From: an uncultured Pseudomonadota bacterium
GTDB lineage: Bacteria; Pseudomonadota; Alphaproteobacteria; Rs-D84
DNA: 64,000 nucleotides
Assembly (NCBI GenBank): GCA_902762295.1
Contig: CACWNX010000001.1
Coordinates: forward strand, 465,671 to 529,670
Reading direction: 5' to 3'
The notes below the pieces were generated by a model that saw only the letters and a program-made list of their open reading frames with translations, was not told the DNA's origin and searched no databases. Both the position numbers and the translations under genes were made by a program. How positions within the stretch are numbered: the stretch's first letter is position 1; every line of letters begins with the position of its first letter. Shown here piece by piece: positions 10,022-19,688 of this stretch.

Positions 10022-11310
10022 AAAAAATTATAAAGAAATTTTTATCGTTTGTTTCAATGGCGATTTGTGCCGTGTCGTTCTGTATGCCGGTTTTCGCTGT
10101 ACAGACGAATTTGGTGACCGGTGATATTGGTGATTTTGGCAAATGGACAACCGAACACAACCAAGAAAAATTAGTCACCGATATTCAAAATGATATGACT
10201 AATTTTGAATCGGGATTTGAACGCGAATATGTTGAAACCGGTGTGCCACTGACCGCAAAGTTGGGAATCGTGTTTGTGCGTGCATTATCGTATGTTGCGG
10301 GTGTCTTGGATAATTCATTGGTGCGATTTGTAAATATATTTCTGATTGTGGCATTCATTTTTTGGATAATGTTTGAATCATATAAACTGATTACCGACGA
10401 CAAAACCAAGGCGATGCCAACGGTTGAAAATATGTTCCGTCGTGGTTTAATACTGGTGATATGGTTGATTTTGTTGGGTGGTGGATTACAAGAATTTTTT
10501 GGTATGATTATGGGACCGATTGTTCGATTCGGTTCATACATATCAAACATTATTTTAGATTCTGTGACCGAAACGCTGGGGTTTACATTATCGGATAACT
10601 GTGCCGCAATTCATGCGTACGCGAAATCCAATATGACCGGAACAACCGCAATGGATGCATCAACGGCGGCAAGCATAATGTGTATACCGGCGCGTTTGGC
10701 GGGTTTTTACTACGGGGCAATAAAGTTTGGATGGGATTTGTTCACACATGGATTTGGGACCAGTACATTTAGTGTTGTATTTGGATTGGTTTTGACATGT
10801 CTGTTTATATTTACCGCATATAAGTTTGCGTTTATCATGTTTGGTGTGATTGCAGATTTGTTCTTGGTTATCATAATGTTACCATTTACGGCGATTGCAG
10901 AAACCGTAAATAAAACATCGTATACCGGAATTGCCGGGAATATATACAACGGATTTTTGGAATTGTTTAAATCATCTAATTTATCATCTCAGATAAAGAA
11001 ATTTGTTGATGCCACGATTTATTTTATTTCATTTTCAATTATAATCGCAATTGGTGGCGCATTGCTTGGAACTGCGATTTCGTTAAACGGTGCCGCACAT
11101 ACCGTCACAATTATAAATGGGGATGTTGTAACACTTTTACTTACCGGCGCGTTGGTCGCATACATTGCATCACATGCCGAAGAATTTGCAAAATCAATTG
11201 GTGGTGGCATAGACTATGCATTGGGCAGTGATTTACAAAAAGATTTAAAAACTCTTTATAATGATACTAAAAAGAAAGCCACAGAATTTATCAAGGCATT
11301 AAAGAAATAA
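10018..11310 (+). CDS. Polytopic membrane protein, TrbL/VirB6-like, paralog 5
   Basis: 430 aa. Signal/TM N-terminus, loop with Cys pair (DNCAAIH..IMCIPARL), at least 5 TM helices, Lys-rich tail. ATGA overlap with paralog 4. Confidence 0.55.
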   Translation: MKKIIKKFLSFVSMAICAVSFCMPVFAVQTNLVTGDIGDFGKWTTEHNQEKLVTDIQNDMTNFESGFEREYVETGVPLTAKLGIVFVRALSYVAGVLDNSLVRFVNIFLIVAFIFWIMFESYKLITDDKTKAMPTVENMFRRGLILVIWLILLGGGLQEFFGMIMGPIVRFGSYISNIILDSVTETLGFTLSDNCAAIHAYAKSNMTGTTAMDASTAASIMCIPARLAGFYYGAIKFGWDLFTHGFGTSTFSVVFGLVLTCLFIFTAYKFAFIMFGVIADLFLVIIMLPFTAIAETVNKTSYTGIAGNIYNGFLELFKSSNLSSQIKKFVDATIYFISFSIIIAIGGALLGTAISLNGAAHTVTIINGDVVTLLLTGALVAYIASHAEEFAKSIGGGIDYALGSDLQKDLKTLYNDTKKKATEFIKALKK

Positions 11311-11315
11311 AATTT

Positions 11316-13397
11316 TTACCCAATAAATTTTATAAAATTACGCGCAACTTTCTTGATACCGATTTTATTAAATGCAACTGTCAGTATGTCATCATGCGAT
11401 TCGATAACCACGCCACGCCCAAGTTCCGCATGTTCAACCAATTTACCAACAATACTTTCTATTTTTTGCTTCGGTTTTGACGCGGTATATTGTGGTGTTT
11501 CATACCTTGGCGCACGTCCGCCAAAATCTAAAAATCGTCCATCCATTTCGGCAATAAATCGTGCCGGTGAATAATATTGTCGCGAACCAAAGAGCATGCG
11601 CGACATTGTATTCGTGATAATCACACGCCGGCGCGCGCGCGTCAACGCAACATATGCCAAACGCCGTTCTTCTTCTAGCTCGCCGTCTTTTATGGCTTTG
11701 TCATTTGGAAAAATTCCATCTTCCCAGGCGGGTAAAAATACAGTATCAAATTCAAGTCCTTTGGCGGCATGAATTGTCATGATGTTTACCGCCGATGCAT
11801 CAGAATTTATTTCGTTGTCATTATCATCGGTGGTCATCAGGGCGGCGTGTTCTAAAAATTCCGCCAGGGAATCATATGTTGCAACCACATTTGTTATTAA
11901 ATCGCGAATATTTGATATGCGATCCGGTGCATCGGGGTCTTTGGATTCATTCCAATATTGCATATATCGTGTGCGTTCTAATAATTTTTTTACCGCATCA
12001 ACCGGCGACATAGACCGCCAATCAAAATCAAACGCATCCAAAAATTCTTTTGCTGTGGTGCCCTGTTTGCCACCAAAATTTACCGCACGTAATCCATGCA
12101 TCAAACCGCCGCCCATGGCGCGCATTTTTGCAATCGCCGATGGACCGAATCCACGCCGTGGCCGCGTAATCACCCGCGCGAACGCGATATCATCGGTTGG
12201 ATGAACCAACAAACGCACATATGCAATAACATCACGAATTTCTAATCGGTCATAGAACTTTGTTGTACCAACCAATCGGTATGGAATATGATTTTCTGCA
12301 AATGTTTCTTCAAAACCACGCGATAAAGAACCAGTACGAATCAAGACCGCATAATCCGAATATTTCCCGTTCGCATAGCGCAAAATTGTATCTGCTATCA
12401 AACGCGCTTCGTCATAATTCGATGGCACAGTTAAAACATAAACCGGTTCACCAACGGATTTTTCATCCACCGGATGCAAATCTTTGCCCAATCGTCCATT
12501 GTTATGTCGTATCAGCGAATTCGCCGCCCCAAGTATATTTCCGGTACTGCGATAATTTGTTTCCAGTCGTATGATTTTTGCGCCCGGAAATGTTTTTTCA
12601 AAATCAAGTATATTTTTGATTTCGGCCCCACGCCACGAATAGATAGATTGGTCATCATCACCAACACAGCAGATATTCGGACATTCCGTTCCCCGTGTCA
12701 GTAATTTCAGTAATTGCATTTGGGCGTTATTTGTATCCTGGAATTCATCAACCATTATATACTTAAATTGCCGTTGATATTTTTCTAAAACATCTGGATG
12801 TTTTTCAAACAGTTCCAAAACATAGAGTATAATATCACCAAAATCCACCGCGCCAATGCGTTTCAGTTCCGCGTTATAGTTATCTATTATTTGCCGTGTG
12901 CGCGCACCAATATTCGCATTTTCAATACTTCCGGTATCTTTTATGTTTGAAATTTTTTCCACCCATTCGGCGGCATCCATTTCTTTTGGGTCGGCACCCA
13001 TTGCGGCAAAAACATTTTTAAGAACCATTTTTTGTTCATCTTCGCCATATATAACAAAATCCGATAGCAACCCGATTCGCGTTGCATTCGTGCGCAGAAT
13101 CCGCAGACATATTGAATGAAATGTTCCACACCATAAATCACGCGCAATAAATTCATCATTTGTTTTGGATAACATATTGCCGATACGGTTTTTCATTTCA
13201 TTTGCGGCCTTGTTTGTAAAGGTCAATGCCAGAATCTGCCACGGCTGGGCAAGATTATTTGCCAATATATACGCAACACGCGTCACCAAGACACATGTTT
13301 TGCCTGTTCCTGCACCCGACAGTACCAAAACCGGACCTTCGGTGGTTTCAACTGCTTTTTTTTGTTCTGGGTTAAGATTTGCTAGCATTAAATTCAT
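11316..13397 (-). CDS. uvrD: ATP-dependent DNA helicase, UvrD/Rep/PcrA family
   Basis: Starts MNLMLANLNPEQKKAV; Walker A LSGAGTGKTCVL; helicase motifs ..VDEFQDTN.., ..TIHAAKGLEFD... The ORF-track start (13547) would overlap dnaQ, so the in-frame Met at 13397 is used. Confidence 0.85.
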   Translation of the reverse strand: MNLMLANLNPEQKKAVETTEGPVLVLSGAGTGKTCVLVTRVAYILANNLAQPWQILALTFTNKAANEMKNRIGNMLSKTNDEFIARDLWCGTFHSICLRILRTNATRIGLLSDFVIYGEDEQKMVLKNVFAAMGADPKEMDAAEWVEKISNIKDTGSIENANIGARTRQIIDNYNAELKRIGAVDFGDIILYVLELFEKHPDVLEKYQRQFKYIMVDEFQDTNNAQMQLLKLLTRGTECPNICCVGDDDQSIYSWRGAEIKNILDFEKTFPGAKIIRLETNYRSTGNILGAANSLIRHNNGRLGKDLHPVDEKSVGEPVYVLTVPSNYDEARLIADTILRYANGKYSDYAVLIRTGSLSRGFEETFAENHIPYRLVGTTKFYDRLEIRDVIAYVRLLVHPTDDIAFARVITRPRRGFGPSAIAKMRAMGGGLMHGLRAVNFGGKQGTTAKEFLDAFDFDWRSMSPVDAVKKLLERTRYMQYWNESKDPDAPDRISNIRDLITNVVATYDSLAEFLEHAALMTTDDNDNEINSDASAVNIMTIHAAKGLEFDTVFLPAWEDGIFPNDKAIKDGELEEERRLAYVALTRARRRVIITNTMSRMLFGSRQYYSPARFIAEMDGRFLDFGGRAPRYETPQYTASKPKQKIESIVGKLVEHAELGRGVVIESHDDILTVAFNKIGIKKVARNFIKFIG

Positions 13398-13446
13398 TGC
13401 TTTATTATAATAGCATAAATTTTTAATTGGGAAAGGGTATTTTAAC

Positions 13447-14124
13447 ATGGCACGTGTAATTTGCTTTGATATTGAAACAACCGGCTTTGAATACTTGCGG
13501 GGTGACCGGTGTATTGAAATCGGTGCGGTTGAAATTATTGACGGCAAATTGACCGACAGAACATTTCACGAATACATAAATCCCGAAGGTAAAATAATTC
13601 CGCCCGAAACATATATGGTTCATAAAATATCAAACGCGTTTCTGGATGATAAGCCTAAGATGTCGGTGGTCGCGCCAAAGTTCCTGGAATTTATTGGTGA
13701 TTCGCCGATTGTTGCGCATAACGGATTGGACTTTGACTTTCCGTTTGTTAATCACGAATTGGAAATGTTGGGATTGCCCCCGATTCCCCGCAGTCAGCAG
13801 CAAGACACCCTGGTTATTGCGCGTAATCGTGTATTTGGTCCCAAAAGTTATACATTGGACGCGTTGGCAAAGTGGTATGGAATATCACTGACGGCGCGTG
13901 CCGATGCGCATGGCGCGTTAATCGATTCGGAAATCTTGGCAAAGGTTTATTTAGAATTAGAAAATACTGCGCCCGCACCGGAAATTGCCGATATTGTCGC
14001 AAAACAACATGATGCGTTTTTGGCGCATCCAAAAATTGGTGCCGACTTTCCGTATCGTGAATTTCCGATTCCCGATGACGAACAAAAAAACCATGATGAA
14101 TTCATGGCAAAGATAAATAAATAA
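13447..14124 (+). CDS. dnaQ: DNA polymerase III epsilon subunit (3'-5' exonuclease)
   Basis: Exo I motif FDIETTG; ..VAHNGLDFDFPF..; Exo III region. 225 aa. Confidence 0.85.
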   Translation: MARVICFDIETTGFEYLRGDRCIEIGAVEIIDGKLTDRTFHEYINPEGKIIPPETYMVHKISNAFLDDKPKMSVVAPKFLEFIGDSPIVAHNGLDFDFPFVNHELEMLGLPPIPRSQQQDTLVIARNRVFGPKSYTLDALAKWYGISLTARADAHGALIDSEILAKVYLELENTAPAPEIADIVAKQHDAFLAHPKIGADFPYREFPIPDDEQKNHDEFMAKINK

Positions 14125-14158
14125 AAACACCGCCAAGAAACGGCGGTGTTTTTATTTT
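14123..14158. terminator. Bidirectional terminator between dnaQ and rpmH
   Basis: aaaaACACCGCC-aagaaac-GGCGGTGTttttt; 8-bp GC-rich stem with A/T runs on both sides. Confidence 0.65.
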
Positions 14159-14309
14159 AATTTGCTGCGGTAACCGCGATTCGTTTACGACCCGTCGCGC
14201 GACGACGATTTAATACATCGCGTCCACCCTTGGTCGCCATGCGTGCGCGAAAACCATGCGTACGAATGCGACGTGTTTTTGACGGTTGATAAGTTCTTTT
14301 TGTTGCCAT
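14157..14309 (-). CDS. rpmH: 50S ribosomal protein L34
   Basis: 50-aa minus-strand ORF below the ORF-track size cutoff: [50 protein letters not shown], matching the L34 signature HGFRxRM..GR..L..RR.KGR. Confidence 0.8.
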   Translation of the reverse strand: MATKRTYQPSKTRRIRTHGFRARMATKGGRDVLNRRRATGRKRIAVTAAN

Positions 14310-14567
14310 TTCAAATCCTTTTGTGCGTATATTTAATCATATGTTTTATTAAAAAGCAAATATTTTATTTACTTTTTACCAACCCCATCTTTTGCAGCGC
14401 AAGCAAAATTAAATGGTATACAAATATAAACCAAAATAAACTGCGCAATGGACCAATTAAAGCCGCGGTTGATGTAGCTGTCTTTTCCATATTTATTCCC
14501 CTATGTTTTTACACAAGAATATTACAAACGGTTTGTTTTGTCAATATGATTTTTTGTTGGTTTATTC

Positions 14568-14597
14568 TTGACCCGGGGGGCAAAAATTTGCTATGTT
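14568..14597 (+). promoter_or_regulatory. Candidate sigma70 promoter for gyrA
   Basis: TTGACC, 18-nt spacer, TATGTT, about 35 nt upstream of the gyrA ATG. Confidence 0.35.
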
Positions 14598-14631
14598 CTA
14601 TTTGCTAAAAACATTAAGGAAAGAGCAAGTT

Positions 14632-17355
14632 ATGTCAGATACAGATACAATAAATGAAATTAACGAAGTTCGGGTTCCGCAATCTTCGCTGGAACACGAA
14701 ATGCGGACAAGTTTTTTAGATTACGCGATGTCGGTTATTGTAGACCGTGCGTTACCCGATGTACGCGATGGATGTAAACCGGTGCATCGCCGTATTTTAT
14801 ATGTTATGAATGATGTTGCGCCGGCGACACGTGCAACGGTAAAATCGGCGCGTATTGTTGGTGATGTTATGGGTAAATATCATCCCCATGGCGATAGTTC
14901 TATTTACGAGGCCATGGTTCGCATGGGCCAGGATTTTTCCATGGGCGAAATGCTGGTCCAGGGGCAGGGTAACTTTGGTTCGCGCGATGGTGACAAGGCC
15001 GCGGCTATGCGTTATACCGAGGCGCGCTTGTCCAAACTAGGCGCGACATTGATGGAAGATATGGATAAAGACACCGTTGATTGGCAACCAAACTTTGATG
15101 GCACATTGCAAGAACCGGTTGTTTTGCCGACTAAGTTTCCAAATTTCTTGGTGAATGGTGGTTCGGGTATTGCCGTTGGTATGGCGACAAATGTTCCAAC
15201 ATATAATTTGGGCGAGGTTTGCAACGGTATATTGGCGGTATTGGACAATCGTAATATTTCTGATGATGATTTGTTCCAGATTATACCGGGCCCAGACTTT
15301 CCAACCGGTGCGGTTATTATGGGGCGCAGTGGTGCATACAAGGCACACACAACGGGTCGTGGTTCAATCATCGTTCGCGCAAAAACACATATGGAAAAAT
15401 TTCATGACCATGATGCAATTATCGTCGATGAAATTCCGTACCAGGTTAATAAAGCCCAGATGATTATCAAAATTGCAGAACTGGCAAAAGATAAAAAAAT
15501 AGAAGGCATTGCCGAAATTCGTGATGAATCATCCAAGGAAGGTCTGCGCATCGTCATTGAATTAAAGCGCGATGCAATTCCGGATGTTGTTTTGAATCAT
15601 TTGTTCCAATATACAGAAATGCAGACGAATTTCCCGGTAAACATGATGGCATTGAATCGCGGTCGCCCAATGTTGTTCAATGTTCGTGGTGTTTTGGATG
15701 CATTCATTGAATTCCGTGAAGAAGTTATTCGTCGGCGCACAATATTTGATTTAAACAAAGCACGCGCACGCGCACACACATTATTGGGATTGTCGGTGGC
15801 GGTTGGTAATTTAGATGAAGTTATCGAACTGATTAAATCGTCGGCAAGTCCGGACGACGCGCGCACTGCATTGGTTTCGCGTGGATGGCGTGCATCGGAT
15901 ATTGAAAACTATATTCAATTGATTGACGATCCGAACACCGAATACAAAGACGGCATGTTCTATATGTCCGAAGACCAGGCAAAGGCGATTCTGGAATTGC
16001 AATTGCATCGCTTGACCGGGTTGGAACGCGATAAATTGCATGCAGATTTGGTTGAATTGGGTGCCCAGATTCGTGATTTATTGGATATATTGGCATCGCA
16101 CGAACGCATTATTCAAATCATTCGTGATGAAACAACCGCGGTTCGTGATAACTGGGCATCGCCGCGTCGTACGGAAATTTCCGATGCCGAAATTGATATA
16201 GATATCGAAGACCTGATTGCGCGCGAAGACATGGTTGTCACGGTTTCGAACACTGGATATATCAAGCGCGTATCACTGGATACATATCGTGCGCAGAAAC
16301 GCGGTGGCAAGGGTCGTAATGCGATGTCAACCAAAGACGATGACTATGTGGTCCAGGTTTTTGTTGCGAACACACATACGCCATTGTTGTTTTTCTCGTC
16401 ACGTGGGCTGTGTTATAAATTAAAGACATATAAATTACCCGAAGCCGCCGCCGCGGCCAAGGGTCGTCCATTGGTCAATTTGTTGCCATTGGAAAATGGC
16501 GAAACAATTACGGCGATTTTACCGGTTCCCGATGAAGATGTTGCTGCGATAAAAGATTCTGGGACTGAACACTTCTTGATGTTTGTGACGGCATCGGGCA
16601 CAGTGCGCCGCAATCGTATGAGTGATTTTGATTCAATACGCGCAAATGGAAAAATCGCGATGAAGTTGGACGACGGCGACAGTTTGGTTTCGGTTTTGCC
16701 ATGTAATGAAAACCAAGATGTATTCTTGGCGACATATCGTGGTCGCTGTATCCGATTCCCGGTTCCAGAAATTCGCGTGTTTGCCGGACGTAATTCAACG
16801 GGTGTTCGTGGTATAACATTGAACAAAGATGATAGAATTATCGGTATGTCAATGCTGAATCGTGGCGAATCGGATTCGGCGGTTCGTGCGGCATACGTGA
16901 AACAAAGCCGCGCTGCGCGGCGTGCCGCAACCGGCATAGAGGAAGAATCTGACACCGAAGAAGAAACAACAACATTGGTTCTGGATGATGCCAAAATGGC
17001 GGAAATGGCGGCACGCGAAGAATTCATATTGACCATTTCTGAAAACGGATTTGGCAAGCGGACAAGTTCGTATGAATATCGTTTAACCCATCGTGGTGGT
17101 GGCGGATTTACCAATATCAAATTGGGTGGAAAAAATACCGCGGTTGCGGGGTCTTTCCCGGTAAATGCAGACAACGATGTTATCATGGTGACGGACGGTG
17201 GAAAAATTATCCGCACGCCGGCATCGGATATTCGCATTGCGGGGCGCAGCACCGCGGGTGTGACATTGTTCCGCACGGCGGAAAATGAAAAGGTTATGTC
17301 GGCAATATCTATTGAATCGGATGGCGCAGACGAACAAGAAGATAATTTAGAATAA
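14632..17355 (+). CDS. gyrA: DNA gyrase subunit A
   Basis: AAGGAAAGAG RBS, then MSDTD.. GyrA N-terminus and active-site region [10 protein letters not shown]. Acidic insertion ([11 protein letters not shown]) in the C-terminal domain. The ORF-track start at 14593 is 13 codons upstream. Confidence 0.9.
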   Translation: MSDTDTINEINEVRVPQSSLEHEMRTSFLDYAMSVIVDRALPDVRDGCKPVHRRILYVMNDVAPATRATVKSARIVGDVMGKYHPHGDSSIYEAMVRMGQDFSMGEMLVQGQGNFGSRDGDKAAAMRYTEARLSKLGATLMEDMDKDTVDWQPNFDGTLQEPVVLPTKFPNFLVNGGSGIAVGMATNVPTYNLGEVCNGILAVLDNRNISDDDLFQIIPGPDFPTGAVIMGRSGAYKAHTTGRGSIIVRAKTHMEKFHDHDAIIVDEIPYQVNKAQMIIKIAELAKDKKIEGIAEIRDESSKEGLRIVIELKRDAIPDVVLNHLFQYTEMQTNFPVNMMALNRGRPMLFNVRGVLDAFIEFREEVIRRRTIFDLNKARARAHTLLGLSVAVGNLDEVIELIKSSASPDDARTALVSRGWRASDIENYIQLIDDPNTEYKDGMFYMSEDQAKAILELQLHRLTGLERDKLHADLVELGAQIRDLLDILASHERIIQIIRDETTAVRDNWASPRRTEISDAEIDIDIEDLIAREDMVVTVSNTGYIKRVSLDTYRAQKRGGKGRNAMSTKDDDYVVQVFVANTHTPLLFFSSRGLCYKLKTYKLPEAAAAAKGRPLVNLLPLENGETITAILPVPDEDVAAIKDSGTEHFLMFVTASGTVRRNRMSDFDSIRANGKIAMKLDDGDSLVSVLPCNENQDVFLATYRGRCIRFPVPEIRVFAGRNSTGVRGITLNKDDRIIGMSMLNRGESDSAVRAAYVKQSRAARRAATGIEEESDTEEETTTLVLDDAKMAEMAAREEFILTISENGFGKRTSSYEYRLTHRGGGGFTNIKLGGKNTAVAGSFPVNADNDVIMVTDGGKIIRTPASDIRIAGRSTAGVTLFRTAENEKVMSAISIESDGADEQEDNLE

Positions 17356-17367
17356 AAGGAGCTAGCC

Positions 17368-17697
17368 GTGGAACAAGAGAAAGCTTCCAAGCTTAGTTTG
17401 GCAACCGTGAATATGATATTAGCAACCAGACCTACAGAGTTACGTAAAGAACCCATATGGAGACGTGTTGGCTCGGGATACGAGTCAGGCGTTATTGTAA
17501 CAAGGAACAATAAAACAGAATTTGTTATGGTTACTCAGTATGATTCTCAGGATAAAGCAGGTTTCAGTTATGTTGAAATAGGCGACAAAAAATATACGTG
17601 TGATTTTGATACACGTTATGCGATTTTCGGCAAATTACAGTCTATTAAAGAAAAAGGAACTAGCTCTATCAAGCAACATGAAAATATTATAAGATAG
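17368..17697 (+). CDS. Small hypothetical protein (109 aa, GTG start)
   Basis: AAAGGAG RBS 6 nt before the GTG at 17368. No motif recognised. AGA/AGG arginine codons are used, unlike the CGT/CGC preference of neighbouring genes. Confidence 0.4.
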   Translation: MEQEKASKLSLATVNMILATRPTELRKEPIWRRVGSGYESGVIVTRNNKTEFVMVTQYDSQDKAGFSYVEIGDKKYTCDFDTRYAIFGKLQSIKEKGTSSIKQHENIIR

Positions 17698-17714
17698 TTT
17701 ACAGCACAAAACAA

Positions 17715-18158
17715 ATGCAACAGAAAATGGATAACGAATACTTTGCGTCTATTAACAATGTTTCGCGGGAACTTGGAATTCCGGCGCACACATTGCGCTA
17801 TTGGGAAAAACAGTTTTCAACCGTTGTGCGCCCGGTTTCGGGTGCGGGTGGTCGGCGATATTATCGTCCCGAAACGGTTGCGCGATTAAAAACAATAAAA
17901 GATTTGTTATATAATCGTGGCATGACAATTGCCGGTGTTAAAAAACTGATACGAAACGGCGAATTTTTAACCGATGAAATAAAGCCCTGGGCAATTCAGA
18001 AAACAACACCGGTCAATGCATCACATGCGACATCATTTGAATCTTTTGACTTTACCGATAATTCTGATGATGATTTGTCAATACCGTCAACACTGGACAC
18101 AACCAAAATAGATTTAGCAATCGGTCTGCTGAATCAGGCGCGTGATTTGTTAAAATAA
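17715..18158 (+). CDS. MerR-family transcriptional regulator
   Basis: HTH region VSRELGIPAHTLRYWEKQF..RRYY matches the MerR N-terminal DNA-binding domain. Confidence 0.7.
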   Translation: MQQKMDNEYFASINNVSRELGIPAHTLRYWEKQFSTVVRPVSGAGGRRYYRPETVARLKTIKDLLYNRGMTIAGVKKLIRNGEFLTDEIKPWAIQKTTPVNASHATSFESFDFTDNSDDDLSIPSTLDTTKIDLAIGLLNQARDLLK

Positions 18159-18169
18159 AGGAGTTAAAA

Positions 18170-18544
18170 ATGACGGAACCAAACGGCATGACATATATGA
18201 CCAAAAAAGAAATGAAAATTCTGAAATCGGTTGCAAAGAACCCGACGGTTGTCGCACAAATGGAAAATCCATCCGAAGAATTTTTATTGTCGGCGGTGTT
18301 TGATGCACCATATATTATTCGTTTTGTTCATAATCAAAGTTTTCGTCTGCGGTTGCTGGCGGTGAAATTAGACTGGCGGGTTTTGCAATATGTAAACGGT
18401 CAAACCCCGGAAATACTGCAGGCGGCGGCCGCACATAACGAACACGGTGTAATGGGTGCGAATTTAACGCATGACGAAATTGAAATTTACGCAAATGCAC
18501 AAAATATAAAAAAATTCGGTGCGTGGGTCGCACATTCACGGTAA
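18170..18544 (+). CDS. Hypothetical protein with DUF4116-like repeat
   Basis: LRLLAVKLDWRVLQYVNGQTPEILQAAAAHN resembles the DUF4116 repeat (..AVkqnG.aLqYv..). Low certainty. Confidence 0.4.
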   Translation: MTEPNGMTYMTKKEMKILKSVAKNPTVVAQMENPSEEFLLSAVFDAPYIIRFVHNQSFRLRLLAVKLDWRVLQYVNGQTPEILQAAAAHNEHGVMGANLTHDEIEIYANAQNIKKFGAWVAHSR

Positions 18545-18555
18545 AGAATTGCAGA

Positions 18556-18590
18556 ATAAAAAACCGCCCATTCGGGCGGATTTTTTAATT
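18556..18590. terminator. Bidirectional terminator
   Basis: aaaaaaCCGCCC-attc-GGGCGGattttttaattttt sits between convergent genes (18544 and 18592). Confidence 0.65.
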
Positions 18591-18591
18591 T

Positions 18592-19308
18592 TTATCTGCT
18601 TCTACACTCGAAGCCACTGCCGGGTGTGTCACAATATATATTGTTACTTGTTTTGCCTGAACAGCATGCTGATGCACTTGATACCAGTGTACCGTCGGCT
18701 TTGCATACGTTGCATTTACAAACGTCTTTTACACATGCCGCAACGGTTCCGGTTCCACATGCCGGACAATCTGTGGCAACGGTCGCAGTCGTGCAACTGT
18801 ATAATTTATGTGCGATGCCCGCATTAGTCGTCACTTGATACAGTGTGCATTCCTGGTTAGCACAGGTTAACGACGGAACACCAATGGATTCCAATGTCTG
18901 ACCGTTCAACTGGTTATTTATATTTATTATTTGATTGTTCACACTGGTTACTTCATTATATATATTGTTTATATCCGATACCACATCACCGGCGGTCATC
19001 AAATCGCCTTCGTGACCGTTCGCAAGTTGGTACTCGCCATTTTCATCCCATTCACCACTGGTATCATAATCAAAAATACCGCGTTCATCGAATTGTGTCT
19101 GACCATTACTTGTTCCGTTATAGGTGACAACATTACCGGATGTCTTGGCGGTAATCTTATCCTGCTTCAATGCATCTTGGGCATCTACATAGGATTTAGA
19201 TGTGACTGTGTTTTCACCGGTTGCAAATGCATTGTTCCCCAGAATTGCGGCAAAAATACCCGCAAATATTAGCGATTTGTTTGTCGTTTTCCTCTCTTTT
19301 ATTTTCAT
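18592..19308 (-). CDS. Secreted Cys-rich hypothetical protein (238 aa)
   Basis: Signal peptide ..IFAGIFAAILGNNAFA; the C-terminal 90 aa carry about 16 Cys (..CPACGTGTVAACVKDVCKCNVC..). Confidence 0.55.
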   Translation of the reverse strand: MKIKERKTTNKSLIFAGIFAAILGNNAFATGENTVTSKSYVDAQDALKQDKITAKTSGNVVTYNGTSNGQTQFDERGIFDYDTSGEWDENGEYQLANGHEGDLMTAGDVVSDINNIYNEVTSVNNQIININNQLNGQTLESIGVPSLTCANQECTLYQVTTNAGIAHKLYSCTTATVATDCPACGTGTVAACVKDVCKCNVCKADGTLVSSASACCSGKTSNNIYCDTPGSGFECRSR

Positions 19309-19326
19309 TTTCCTCTCTTTTATTTT
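19286..19326. repeat. Tandem duplication (about 21 nt) spanning the RBS and start of the 18592..19308 gene
   Basis: ttttcctctcttttatttt-ca-ttttcctctcttttattttttt. On the coding strand, AAAAGAGAGGAAA appears both as the RBS and as codons 2-6 (KIKERK). Confidence 0.5.
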
Positions 19327-19398
19327 TTTGTAAAGACTAAAAATTCCTCAGCCCTATTGTCACATAAAAGGTACCTTTTTGTGTCAATTTTTTGGCGG

Positions 19399-19478
19399 AT
19401 TTCCGGGCGTTTCAAAATTTGCTGTCAAATTTAGTTTGTAAAAACCCCAGCATTTCTGGGCGGTTTGCTGTCAAATTT
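19399..19478 (+). repeat. Two imperfect copies of a roughly 30-nt unit (ATTTCYGGGCGKTT..TTTGCTGTCAAATTT)
   Basis: Copy 1 is 19399-19432 and copy 2 is 19452-19478, in the 480-nt spacer upstream of the tRNA-Trp promoter. Confidence 0.6.
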
Positions 19479-19659
19479 TGATTTTTAAAAACTATTTTTT
19501 TCGGTTTTCTGCATATCCCACCGATTCGTTTCCACCACCGAAGTGCGGTATTCGTTCTTGTGCGGTGTAATAAAGAAATCCCGGCATGCGCCGGGATGAC
19601 GGTTCTCGGGCGGTATAAAGAATTCCTGTGTCGGGGCATGGGATGATGATAAAAAACAC

Positions 19660-19688
19660 TTGCACACCCGGTTCAAAATATTTATAAT
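19660..19688 (+). promoter_or_regulatory. Near-consensus sigma70 promoter for the tRNA-Trp-secE-nusG-rplKA transcription unit
   Basis: TTGCAC, 17-nt spacer, TATAAT, 100 nt upstream of the tRNA-Trp 5' end. Confidence 0.6.

Noticed and set aside
14243-14608. 121-aa plus-strand ORF upstream of gyrA
   Set aside because: Overlaps rpmH on the opposite strand and the gyrA promoter/RBS; AT-rich translation with no features.
14310-14630. Possible chromosomal origin / DnaA boxes near rpmH-gyrA
   Set aside because: Only a weak TTTTCCATA box-like sequence was seen; there is no cluster of TTATCCACA-like boxes and no dnaA gene in the window.
16413-17510. 365-aa minus-strand ORF
   Set aside because: Antisense to the gyrA C-terminal domain; Ser/Ala/Arg-rich nonsense translation.
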